Positions 9,500-18,088 of a stretch of 64,000 nt of DNA are shown one piece after another (position 1 is the stretch's first letter; every line of letters starts with the position of its first letter). Location of the stretch: contig CALBPV010000036.1 of assembly GCA_937899265.1 (NCBI GenBank), positions 2,184 to 66,183 on the forward strand, in the 5' to 3' direction. The stretch is from an uncultured Bacteroidales bacterium (GTDB lineage Bacteria > Bacteroidota > Bacteroidia > Bacteroidales > UBA3663). Position numbers and translations under genes: made by a program. The notes beneath the pieces were generated by a model. That model saw only the letters and a list, made by a program, of their open reading frames with translations, ran no database searches and had not been told where the DNA came from.

Positions 9500-10534
9500 A
9501 TGACTCTCAATTTCACACCCCATCCGCTTCGGTTGAAGCATACATTCACAGTAGCCGGCTCTTCGCGGACCGAAACTCCCGATGTGCTCGTCACCGTCTC
9601 CTGCGACGGACTTACCGGTTACGGCGAAGCTTCTATGCCTCCTTACCTCGGGGAGTCTGTCGAAAGCGTTGTTGCATTTCTCTCGCGCATCGATCTCTCG
9701 GGATATGAAGACCCTTTTGCGCTGGCAGAGATTCATGCCTATCTCGACACACTTTCTCCCGGAGACTGGGCTGCAAAGGCGGCTGTCGATATTGCGCTCC
9801 ACGACCTTCAGGGGAAGCTCACTGGACTGCCTCTTTGGCGTCTTTGGGGACTTCCTCCGCTTCCCGGGGGTGAACAGGGACTCCCCACGACCTTCACCAT
9901 CGGCATCGATACGCCCGAGACGGTACGTGCCAAGACACTCGAAGTCGCTGGCCGCTTCCGCAGGCTCAAAGTGAAAGTGGGCGTTCCCGGCGACCGCGAA
10001 CTCATCGCCTCCATACGCTCGGTGACCGACACTCCCCTCACCGTCGATGCCAATCAGGGATGGACATCCCGCGAGGAAGCTCTCGACCGCATTTTTTGGC
10101 TCCGCGAACAGGGTGTTGTCATGATAGAACAGCCGCTGCCCAAGACCCGGCTCGATGACCTCGCCTGGCTCACCGAACGTTCTCCCCTGCCCGTCATTGC
10201 CGATGAGAGTTGCCAACATCTCTCCGACCTCAAACGTCTCCAAGGCTGTGTCTCCGGCATCAACATCAAACTCATGAAGTGCGGAGGTCTCTGGGAAGCC
10301 CGCCAAATGGCTGTCACGGCACGTGCCCTCGGCCTGCAGGTCATGTTGGGCTGTATGACAGAAACTGCCTGTGCCGTCTCTGCCATCGCCCATCTTGCTC
10401 CAATCGCCGATTGGGCCGACCTCGATGGCAACCTGCTCATCTCCAACGACCCTTTCACGGGCGGCCTTCAGGTCATCGACGGCAACATAGTCCTGCCTTC
10501 AGCTCCCGGCATCGGCGTTCAACGCTCCTTTTGA
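9500..10534 (+). CDS. Dipeptide epimerase (L-Ala-D/L-Glu epimerase type, enolase superfamily)
   Basis: Enolase-superfamily catalytic pattern: RLKVKVG (KxK), VDANQGW, MIEQP, IADES and NIKLMKCGG. Start taken at MTLNFTPHPLRLKHTF. Confidence 0.8.
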   Translation: MTLNFTPHPLRLKHTFTVAGSSRTETPDVLVTVSCDGLTGYGEASMPPYLGESVESVVAFLSRIDLSGYEDPFALAEIHAYLDTLSPGDWAAKAAVDIALHDLQGKLTGLPLWRLWGLPPLPGGEQGLPTTFTIGIDTPETVRAKTLEVAGRFRRLKVKVGVPGDRELIASIRSVTDTPLTVDANQGWTSREEALDRIFWLREQGVVMIEQPLPKTRLDDLAWLTERSPLPVIADESCQHLSDLKRLQGCVSGINIKLMKCGGLWEARQMAVTARALGLQVMLGCMTETACAVSAIAHLAPIADWADLDGNLLISNDPFTGGLQVIDGNIVLPSAPGIGVQRSF

Positions 10535-10573
10535 TATTATTCTTACCTGTTACATACATTAATTAATTTATAA

Positions 10574-11425
10574 ATGGAAAAATTGACTGGTTTTTTCTCG
10601 CCCGAAATGCTCGCCATGTTTGAGCAGTGGGCTATCACTTTCTGTAAGAATGTGGTCGTTGCCATCATCGTCTTCGTGATTGGCAAGTATCTCATCAAAT
10701 GGGTCACCAAACTCTTCGGCAAGGTGCTCGAAAAGCGCAACACCGATCCCGGTGTGGAGAGTTTTCTCAAGAGTGTGGTCCGCGTGTCGCTTTGGCTTTT
10801 GCTCGCCATCGTGATTATTTCGATTCTCGGCATCGAGACCTCTTCGTTCATTGCACTCTTTGCCTCTGCAGGCATGGCCATCGGCATGGCTCTCAGCGGA
10901 ACGCTCCAGAACTTCGCGGGCGGAGTGATGATTCTGCTCTTCAAACCCTTCCGTGTGGGTGACTACATCGAAGCCCAAGGCTTCCAGGGAACCGTTCGTG
11001 AGATTCAGATTTTCAACACCATCCTCACCACCGTTGACAATCAGACCATCATCATCCCCAACGGCGGTCTCTCAACGGGAGCAATGAAGAACTATTCCAA
11101 AGAGCCCTACCGTCGTGTTGATCTCAAGTTCCAGTTTTGCTACGGAACTGACTTCGACAAGGTGCGCGACAACATTGCTGCGCTCCAGAAGGCTACTCCC
11201 GAAATCTTGCAGCAGCCCATCGAGGGCACCCCTGTGGCTGCACCCTGGATTGGTCTCATCTCGCTCGACGAAAGCGGCGTGAGCGTTCAGACCCGCCAGT
11301 GGGTCAAGGCTGCCGACTATTGGACGGTTTATTTCGGTTTCAACGAGACCGTTTACCAACAGCTCAAAGACAAGGGATTCATGTTCCCCTTCTCCCGTGT
11401 CGATGTCACAATGCTCAATAAGTAA
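10574..11425 (+). CDS. Mechanosensitive ion channel (MscS family)
   Basis: 283 aa with N-terminal TM helices. The conserved core reads ALSGTLQNFAGGVMILLFKPFRVGDYIE...GTVREIQIFNTILTTVDNQTIIIPNG. Confidence 0.85.
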   Translation: MEKLTGFFSPEMLAMFEQWAITFCKNVVVAIIVFVIGKYLIKWVTKLFGKVLEKRNTDPGVESFLKSVVRVSLWLLLAIVIISILGIETSSFIALFASAGMAIGMALSGTLQNFAGGVMILLFKPFRVGDYIEAQGFQGTVREIQIFNTILTTVDNQTIIIPNGGLSTGAMKNYSKEPYRRVDLKFQFCYGTDFDKVRDNIAALQKATPEILQQPIEGTPVAAPWIGLISLDESGVSVQTRQWVKAADYWTVYFGFNETVYQQLKDKGFMFPFSRVDVTMLNK

Positions 11426-11447
11426 TCCCAACGTACTTCAATCGAGC

Positions 11448-11495
11448 AGGAGGTAAACACCACTACTCACAGGTGTTTACCTCCTTCTTTCATTT
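11448..11495 (+). terminator. Rho-independent terminator after the MscS gene
   Basis: 14-bp perfect stem aggaggtaaacacc / ggtgtttacctcct (11448-11461 and 11472-11485) followed by tcttt. Confidence 0.7.
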
Positions 11496-11620
11496 TTGCC
11501 GATTTCTCACACCACCGCACGTGCCGTTCGGCATACAGCTTTTGCGGCGGCACTTTTTATCCAAATGTTTTCAGGGCCTCAGTTGCATATACCGTCCGCA
11601 CCGACAAATAAATTTGCAGC

Positions 11621-11761
11621 ATGTTTGTACGCAAGAAACCTCACAAGTCAGACTCGGTCAGTGTCCAAGTGGTGACAAAGACCGGAAGCCACAGGCAGAA
11701 GGGCATCAAGTCCATCGCTTTCAGCAATCTTCCTCGTCGTCTTTCTTCTTTTTGGAACTGA
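11621..11761 (+). pseudogene. Remnant of an IS4/IS1634-type transposase N-terminus (46 codons then stop)
   Basis: Own translation: MFVRKKPHKSDSVSVQVVTKTGSHRQKGIKSIAFS... This resembles, from memory, the MFVRKK..S.S.SVQVV.K start of IS1634-like transposases of Bacteroidetes. It is preceded by a TAAATTTG -7 box at 11609-11616. Confidence 0.3.
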
Positions 11762-12014
11762 AAACACCGACAACAGCATCGACAATCCAGCGACCTATCT
11801 TATTCTTGATACCGCTTTGGGTGGTGGGAATACCGGTCTTTTTGGTAAACTCGCGTTTTCCGATACGCTTTAGGTCTTTGAGCACTTCTTCGCCCACGGA
11901 CTCTTCTTTTTTCTTGCGCGTCGAGGATTTCTTTGCGGTGGTCGTTTTCTTTGTCGTCGTTGTAGTTGTTGTTTTCTTCGTCGTTGTTGTAGTTGTTTTC
12001 TTCGTTGTTGCCAT
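11721..12014 (-). CDS. Small Thr/Lys-rich hypothetical protein
   Basis: Starts MATTKKTTTTTTKKTTTTTTTKKTTTAKKSSTRKKKEE, followed by a less biased C-terminal half. ATG at complement 12012-14, directly downstream of metH. Coding status is uncertain. Confidence 0.4.
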   Translation of the reverse strand: MATTKKTTTTTTKKTTTTTTTKKTTTAKKSSTRKKKEESVGEEVLKDLKRIGKREFTKKTGIPTTQSGIKNKIGRWIVDAVVGVFSSKKKKDDEEDC

Positions 12015-12049
12015 AGGGAGTGGATTTGTATTTAATGGAGGGGAAGTGT

Positions 12050-15000
12050 TCAAATATTGAAATAACGGGCTCGGGGATTACCGATATAAATGCCGCAGAC
12101 CGAAGCCTGGGGATACATGGCTCCGTGTTCGGTGATGCTTATGCCCAAATCGTCGAACCCGATGAGTTCGCGCAACTTGAAAATCTCGTTTAGGTCAGGC
12201 CATGAAGGATAACCCACTGCCGGACGGATGCCGGGCCACCCGGACTCGCGATGCATATATTCGCCGGCGGCTTCGGCCAATCGGTCTCCAAGGCTTTGCA
12301 TCAACAGCGAAGCATAGTCGTCCGACCCCTGTTTCAGGGCTTCCAGTTCGTCGATGAACCGCTGACTCACGGTACAGGCAAAGACTCCGATGTGGTCATC
12401 TCCGCGAGCCGACACCCAGTCGCACAGCGACAGTCCCTCGCCTGCTGTCTGGCGGGCAGTCTGCAAATAGACATTCTTGGTACAGCAGGGACAATCCGAT
12501 GGATGTCCTGTCTTCCAGGCCGTCACCCGAATGCCGTTACCGTCGCTTTTGGCCGGATAATAAGCCACCGCTGCACGCATGGCGTATGTTTCGTCATCGG
12601 CATGTGCCTCCAGCCAAGCCAATGCATCGGCTTGGAGCTTGCTGGCTTCTTCCGAACCGGGTTTCACTCTCCACGTCCAAAAAAATGGAACCCAGTCGGT
12701 CAGCGGAATCAGTTCCCTGACGGGGATGGGTTTGTGACGCACCCTGCCCATGAAAGGCGGAACCGACAGCCGGTCGGGAATCTGTACCGCAGGTTGCGAC
12801 ACTTGTTTTTCCTCTTTATGGGAGGAGGACATTTCTTCTTTTCTCTGTGCGCGGAGTGCCTCCTGTTGACGGCGGTTTTCTTCAATGAAAGCATCCCGGG
12901 TCTCTTTATCCGTCAGTTTCTGACAAATCACAGGGTTCATGGCGGCATCCCTCACATGGAACACCGGTCCGCTGTACAGGGGTGCTATCTTCACGGCCGT
13001 ATGCAGCGGAGAGGTCGTTGCTCCGCCCACCATTATGGGAATTTTCAAACCTGCGCGTTCCATCGCTTCGGCCACGTGGCACATCTCTTCGAGCGAGGGG
13101 GTAATCAATCCGCTGAGGCACACAAAGTCGGCTTTCTCCCGGATGGCAGTCTCCACAATCTTTTCGGGGGGAACCATCACGCCCAGGTCAGTCACGTCCC
13201 AATTGTTGCAAACCAAAACCACTGCCACTATATTCTTGCCAATGTCGTGCACATCGCCCTTCACCGTCGCAATGACTATCTTGCCGTTCTTGAGCGAGGC
13301 GACTTGGTCCCCACTGTTATCCTCCATGTAGGGGTTGAGCAGCTCGACAGCCCTCTTCATCGTGCGTGCTGTCTTCACCACTTGCGGCAGAAACATCTTT
13401 CCCTCTCCGAACAGTTTGCCCACATGGTTCATTCCGTCCATCAGCGGACCTGCAATGATGGACAACGGAGTTCCGTATTCGGCGATGGCGACCGGGATGT
13501 CTTCTTCCATGTGAGACGGGTCTCCGTCGGTCAGCGCTTTCTTCAGTTTCTCCCCTACCGTCAGTCCCTCGCGGGGGTCGGCAACGATTCGGGTCTCCGC
13601 ATTCTGCATCTGTTCTTTATTCCGGGTAGAATAGTCGATGAGCCTTTCAGCTGCATCATCCCTGCGGCAGAGTATCACGTCTTCGAGTCTTTCTCTCAAC
13701 TCCGGTTCTATGTCGTCATACTGCACCTTGGCGGCAGGATTCATGATGGCCATTCCCATCCCTTTCTGTATGGCATGATAGAGGAAGACGGCATGCATTG
13801 CCTCACGCAGGGTGTTGTTGCCTCGGAACGAGAAACTCAGGTTGCTCAGTCCTCCGCTCACCCGCGCTCCGGGCAGGTTCTTGCGAATCCACGCTGTGGC
13901 TTCGATGAAGTCGAGGCCGTATCTGTCGTGTTCCTTCATGCCCGTTGCTACGGTCAGTACGTTTGGGTCGAAAATGATATCTTCGGGCGGGAAATTCGCC
14001 TTCTCTGTGAGGAGTTTGTAGGCTCTTTCTGCGATTTCTATTTTACGCTCATAGCTGGTAGCCTGTCCTTCTTCGTCGAAGCACATCACCACTACAGCGG
14101 CACCCATTTTCCGTATCTCGCGGGCATGATTCAGAAAACGTGCTTCGCCTTCTCTGAGCGAGATGCTGTTGACAATGCTTTTGCCCTGTACGCACTTGAG
14201 TCCTGCGGATATCACCTCCCAGCGCGACGAGTCTATCATCACGGGCACACGGGCAATGGCGGGGTCGCTCATCAGGAGATTGAGAAACGTTGTCATTTCC
14301 TTCACTCCGTCCAGCATCCCGTCGTCCATATTGATATCTATCACCATCGCTCCGTCTTCTACCTGCCGGCGAGCTATGGCCATTGCTTCGTCGTAGTTCT
14401 TTTCGCCGATGAGACGCAGGAATTTCTTCGAGCCCGCCACATTGCACCTCTCGCCTACATTGACGAATGTGCCTTCTCCAGGAGCAGTGAGTTCCAGACC
14501 GGAGAGTTTCAGCCCGGGGGTTTCCACCTGTGTCGTTTTGCGGGGCGACAGGTTTTGTATCAGCTCTCCAAGGGCTGCTATATGCTGAGGTGTCGTTCCG
14601 CAGCATCCGCCCACGATGTTTACAAGACCTTCGTCTGTCATCGCCTTCACCTCGTCCCGCATCTTCTCGGGCGAATCTTCATATTGACCCCATTCGTTGG
14701 GCAGTCCGGCGTTGGGGTGGCATGAAATCCGACACCCGGGCATCGCTTCGGCCATCTGTCTCAGCCAAGGAAGCATGTCCTTGGCACCGAGTCCGCAATT
14801 CAGTCCTATCGACAACGGGGCTGCGTGGCTCACCGAAGCCGCAAATGCCTCTATGGTCTGTCCCGACAGCGTGCGACCCGAGGCATCCGACACCGTCATC
14901 GACAGCATCAGTTCCGGACACGGTCCTTCGGTCGCGTCTCTCACGGTCTCGAAAGCGGCGATGGCGGCTTTGGCATTCAGGGTATCGAACACGGTTTCCA

Positions 15001-15523
15001 CCAGAATGGCATCGACACCGCCTTCTGTGAGGGCAGTGATTTGTTCTCGGTATGCGGCCTCCAGTTCGTCGAACGTGATGGCTCGTGAAGCCGGGTCGTT
15101 GGCATCTTCGCTCATCGAGAGCATCTTGCCGGTCGGTCCCACCGCGCCGGCTACAAAGCGGGGCTTCTCCGGTGTCTCACGGGTCATCCGGTCGGCTTCT
15201 TCCCTTGCCAGACGAGCTGCCGCCAGATTCATTTCCCTCACGGCATCTTCCGTCCCGTACTCTCCCTGCGTCACACGTTGTGCTCCGAAACTGTCGGTTT
15301 CGATGATGTCGGCTCCCGCTTCGAGATAGAGACGATGTATTTTGCTGATGATGTCGGGACGTGTGAGCGGCAAGAGGTCATTGTTGCCTTTCAACAGATT
15401 TTTTGTGTCACGCCACCTCGACCCGCGGAAATCGTCTTCCGTGAGGTTTTCGGCTTGAATCATCGAACCCATGGCTCCGTCCAATAAGAGGATTCTCTTC
15501 TCTGATGCTTCGCGTATTGTCAT
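12050..15523 (-). CDS. metH: Cobalamin-dependent methionine synthase
   Basis: 1157 aa with four readable parts. These are the Hcy-binding N-terminus, the pterin-binding domain, the B12-binding motif (GDVHDIGKNIV) and the C-terminal AdoMet activation domain. Confidence 0.95.
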   Translation of the reverse strand: MTIREASEKRILLLDGAMGSMIQAENLTEDDFRGSRWRDTKNLLKGNNDLLPLTRPDIISKIHRLYLEAGADIIETDSFGAQRVTQGEYGTEDAVREMNLAAARLAREEADRMTRETPEKPRFVAGAVGPTGKMLSMSEDANDPASRAITFDELEAAYREQITALTEGGVDAILVETVFDTLNAKAAIAAFETVRDATEGPCPELMLSMTVSDASGRTLSGQTIEAFAASVSHAAPLSIGLNCGLGAKDMLPWLRQMAEAMPGCRISCHPNAGLPNEWGQYEDSPEKMRDEVKAMTDEGLVNIVGGCCGTTPQHIAALGELIQNLSPRKTTQVETPGLKLSGLELTAPGEGTFVNVGERCNVAGSKKFLRLIGEKNYDEAMAIARRQVEDGAMVIDINMDDGMLDGVKEMTTFLNLLMSDPAIARVPVMIDSSRWEVISAGLKCVQGKSIVNSISLREGEARFLNHAREIRKMGAAVVVMCFDEEGQATSYERKIEIAERAYKLLTEKANFPPEDIIFDPNVLTVATGMKEHDRYGLDFIEATAWIRKNLPGARVSGGLSNLSFSFRGNNTLREAMHAVFLYHAIQKGMGMAIMNPAAKVQYDDIEPELRERLEDVILCRRDDAAERLIDYSTRNKEQMQNAETRIVADPREGLTVGEKLKKALTDGDPSHMEEDIPVAIAEYGTPLSIIAGPLMDGMNHVGKLFGEGKMFLPQVVKTARTMKRAVELLNPYMEDNSGDQVASLKNGKIVIATVKGDVHDIGKNIVAVVLVCNNWDVTDLGVMVPPEKIVETAIREKADFVCLSGLITPSLEEMCHVAEAMERAGLKIPIMVGGATTSPLHTAVKIAPLYSGPVFHVRDAAMNPVICQKLTDKETRDAFIEENRRQQEALRAQRKEEMSSSHKEEKQVSQPAVQIPDRLSVPPFMGRVRHKPIPVRELIPLTDWVPFFWTWRVKPGSEEASKLQADALAWLEAHADDETYAMRAAVAYYPAKSDGNGIRVTAWKTGHPSDCPCCTKNVYLQTARQTAGEGLSLCDWVSARGDDHIGVFACTVSQRFIDELEALKQGSDDYASLLMQSLGDRLAEAAGEYMHRESGWPGIRPAVGYPSWPDLNEIFKLRELIGFDDLGISITEHGAMYPQASVCGIYIGNPRARYFNI

Positions 15524-15576
15524 TGATAAGTGAGAATTTCGGGGTACCTGTGAAATAACAACAATTCTGAATCTAT

Positions 15577-15618
15577 AAAAAAAGTCTCAAAACCCCGGTT
15601 TCCAGAGATATTGAGACT
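15577..15618 (-). terminator. Hairpin plus T7 run downstream of tRNA-Gln
   Basis: The minus strand reads AGTCTCAA-(20 nt)-TTGAGACT-TTTTTTT. The long loop makes this only a moderate call. Confidence 0.4.
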
Positions 15619-15627
15619 CTACATCTG

Positions 15628-15698
15628 TTGCCCTACCGGGACTCGAACCCAGTCAAGCAGAACCAAAATCTGATGTGCTACCATTACACCATAGGGCA
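15628..15698 (-). tRNA. tRNA-Gln (anticodon TTG)
   Basis: Minus strand: TGCCCTATGGTGTAATGGTAGCACATCAGATTTTGGTTCTGCTTGACTGGGTTCGAGTCCCGGTAGGGCAA. The acceptor stem is TGCCCTA/TAGGGCA. The anticodon stem CAGA/TCTG carries the loop TTTTGGT. The T-arm is GGTTCGAGTCC. No CCA is encoded. Confidence 0.9.
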
Positions 15699-15720
15699 GA
15701 ATTTTCTGATTTTGCGGGTG

Positions 15721-15728
15721 CAAATATA
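15721..15728 (-). promoter_or_regulatory. -7 box (TATATTTG on minus strand) upstream of tRNA-Gln
   Basis: The plus strand reads caaatata, 23 nt upstream of the tRNA 5' end. Confidence 0.5.
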
Positions 15729-15822
15729 AAGCAAAATTTCCGAATTTCCAAATTTTTATCAAAAAAAATGCACCTCAGGCATGTTTTTTCTTCCGCCTTG
15801 CCTTGTTTTCAAAGTTTTATTG

Positions 15823-15830
15823 TATCTTTG
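15823..15830 (+). promoter_or_regulatory. -7 box TATCTTTG driving the riboswitch/btuB transcript
   Basis: Exact TAnnTTTG match just upstream of the riboswitch. Confidence 0.55.
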
Positions 15831-15849
15831 CGGTCATATTATTGAGAGC

Positions 15850-16030
15850 TTATTGCTCGTCATGCAGTGCCGCAAAGCTGACCGAGTGCGGCTTAAAACA
15901 GGAAGAGGGGTGTGAATCCTCCGCTGTCCCGCAACTGTGATGTCCCTGTGGTCCGGTGTTGCCCTTGTCAATGCGATACCCCGACCGGGACTAAGCCAGG
16001 AGACTTGCTGCGTGATGCCTGCCACCCAAG
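15850..16030 (+). promoter_or_regulatory. Cobalamin (B12) riboswitch
   Basis: The conserved core is readable: cttaaaacaggaagaggggtgtgaatcctccgctgtcccgcaactgtga. This compares with the consensus GGUUAAAAGGGAA..GGUG..AAUCC..GCUG.CCCGCAACUGU. A B12 box aagccaggagacttgc lies at about 15982-15998. The element sits in the 5' leader of a TonB-dependent receptor. Confidence 0.8.
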
Positions 16031-16076
16031 TCCCGCGATCGACGGGATGCAGACGAACATCTTTATAGAACGAACC

Positions 16077-18023
16077 ATGCGTTTCTGCGCATCTTTGCTT
16101 ATTGCCTTTTTCTCGGCGACAGGGGTCTTTGCCTCTGTCAGGTCGGACACTCTGCGTGAAGTGGTTGCCGAATCGCGGCGCCCCGAACACAGCGTGAGCC
16201 TCTCTTCGACCTCACCCTCCGAATCCGTCTCCGCTGTCGCCATGAAGCGTCTCGGGCTCCGGGGAGTGAGCGATGTGCTCCGCCTCATGGGAGGCATCTC
16301 TGTGCGTGACTACGGAGGGTTGGGAGGCATGAAGACGGTTTCTGTTCGCGGCCTCTCGCCCCACCATACCGCTGTCCTTCTGGACGGTCTGCCAGTCTCC
16401 AATTCACAGGCCGGACAGATTGACCTCTCGCGATTTGCAACCTACAACATGGAGTCGTTGCGCCTCCACATCGGTGGACCTTCCCGCATCCTGGCTCCGG
16501 CGCTCCTGGGTGCCTACTCTGGGTCGGTGGCTATGGAATCGCACTCCGAAGGTTGTGAAGCCGTTGTCGAATACGGTTCGTGGAACACGCTCAGTGCCGA
16601 TTTCTCCTCGCCGTGGGCCTCTGTGCTCTATAACCACACCGACGGGGACTATCCCTTCACGCTAAGCAACGGACAGCATTCCTCAAGACTGCATCGTGAC
16701 CACGGACGCGTCGATGCTCTCCAGGCCGCGTTACCCTCCTTCCTCCGCTGGACCTCCGGGCCTTCCTGTTCATTCTCTCTTCGCAGCTCTCTCCAGGGGT
16801 ATTATTCCCATCGCGAGTTGCCCGGCTCGGTCGTCTATTACACCAACGAAGGCACCGAGCAACTGTGGGACCTCAACCTCTCGGCCCGCACGCGTCTCGA
16901 AGGAATGATTTCCGAAAAATGGTCCCTTGTGGCTGGTCTCCAGTATAACTACGGGTGGAACAAATACTTCGATGCCGCTCTGGTCACCGACGGCTCAGAC
17001 GGCACTTCACGCTATCGTCAGAACGAATACTATCTCACGGCAGGTCTCGCCTACCGTCCGCTTCGCTCGCTCTCGCTGGCATTGGTCCACGATGGACAGT
17101 GGTCCTCCCTGCGCACCAATCTCACCGGGGGAGAACAGCCCGACCGCTGGATTTCGTGGAATGCCCTCCGCGTTCGTTACCGCACCTCCCGGCTCAACAT
17201 CGAAGGCGAACTGCTGGCCACCGTCCATCGTCTCCGCGAGACCTCCGGCCTCCATGCCTCGCCGTCTGCCTCTTGCCGATGGACTCCCTCATTGGCGGCT
17301 TCGGTTCAACCCTGGGCCACTCAGTCCTTTTTCGTGCGTGCCTCCTGGCGCAAGTCGTTCCGCCTGCCTTCGTTCAACGACCTCTACTACTATCGTCTCG
17401 GCAACCACGACCTCCGTCCCGAACAGGCCACCGAAACCAACGTTGGCCTCACATGGGGTCATGAGTCCGAAACGTGGAAGACGGAGCTCACTGCCGATTT
17501 CTACTTCAATCGCGTCACCGACAAGATTGTGGCCTTTCCCACTACCTTCGCCTGGCGTATGACCAACTTCGGACGGGTCGATATCCTCGGATTGGATTTG
17601 GGCGGCAATATGGAGTGGCGCTCCGAACAGGTGTCCGTCAACGCTGTGTTCCACATCTCCTGTCAAGATGCACGCGACCGCACAGATTCCGAAGATTCTT
17701 TCCTCGCCACCCCGTCGGCCATCCCCTACACGCCTGCCGTCACGGGCAATGCCTCCCTCTCCTGCGTCATGCCCTGGGTCTCTGTCGGATGGACACTCAA
17801 CTGGATGGGCCGACGCTATTCCAACGTCATAGAGAGCGACCGTTACCGACTCGACCCTTTTGCCGAACACGGATTCTCTCTTTCGCGTGTATTTTATTTA
17901 AAAGGTGTGGAACTCATTCCGCAAGCCTCGCTGCTCAATGCTTTCGACAGTCATTTCGAGATAGTACAATATTATCCCATGCCAGGTCGTCATTGGCGAC
18001 TCGGCCTGACAGCCAGATTCTGA
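16077..18023 (+). CDS. btuB: TonB-dependent receptor, BtuB-like
   Basis: Start taken at MRFCASLLIAFFSATGVFA (signal peptide). Plug motifs DVLRLMGGISVRDYGGLGGMKTVSVRGLSPHHTAVLLDGLPV are present, and the protein ends in Phe. It follows a B12 riboswitch. Confidence 0.85.
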   Translation: MRFCASLLIAFFSATGVFASVRSDTLREVVAESRRPEHSVSLSSTSPSESVSAVAMKRLGLRGVSDVLRLMGGISVRDYGGLGGMKTVSVRGLSPHHTAVLLDGLPVSNSQAGQIDLSRFATYNMESLRLHIGGPSRILAPALLGAYSGSVAMESHSEGCEAVVEYGSWNTLSADFSSPWASVLYNHTDGDYPFTLSNGQHSSRLHRDHGRVDALQAALPSFLRWTSGPSCSFSLRSSLQGYYSHRELPGSVVYYTNEGTEQLWDLNLSARTRLEGMISEKWSLVAGLQYNYGWNKYFDAALVTDGSDGTSRYRQNEYYLTAGLAYRPLRSLSLALVHDGQWSSLRTNLTGGEQPDRWISWNALRVRYRTSRLNIEGELLATVHRLRETSGLHASPSASCRWTPSLAASVQPWATQSFFVRASWRKSFRLPSFNDLYYYRLGNHDLRPEQATETNVGLTWGHESETWKTELTADFYFNRVTDKIVAFPTTFAWRMTNFGRVDILGLDLGGNMEWRSEQVSVNAVFHISCQDARDRTDSEDSFLATPSAIPYTPAVTGNASLSCVMPWVSVGWTLNWMGRRYSNVIESDRYRLDPFAEHGFSLSRVFYLKGVELIPQASLLNAFDSHFEIVQYYPMPGRHWRLGLTARF

Positions 18024-18088
18024 ACAGAATAAAAAGACGGCAATATAACGAAATAACGAAATAATGAATAACTTTAACAACAAAAAAA

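Noticed and set aside
12251-14725. An 824-aa ORF antisense to metH, and similar long shadow ORFs: 3025-4440, 7768-9123, 26999-28444, 27174-28442, 39161-40567, 41353-43524, 44253-45647, 46938-48689 and 54721-55698
   Set aside because: Each lies opposite to, or out of frame with, a gene that has unmistakable family motifs. Their products are His/Arg/Gly-rich with no recognisable domains, as expected for shadow ORFs in GC-rich coding DNA.
15912-16076. Longer start for the TonB-dependent receptor ORF
   Set aside because: The extension covers the cobalamin riboswitch core. The signal peptide begins at Met 16077.
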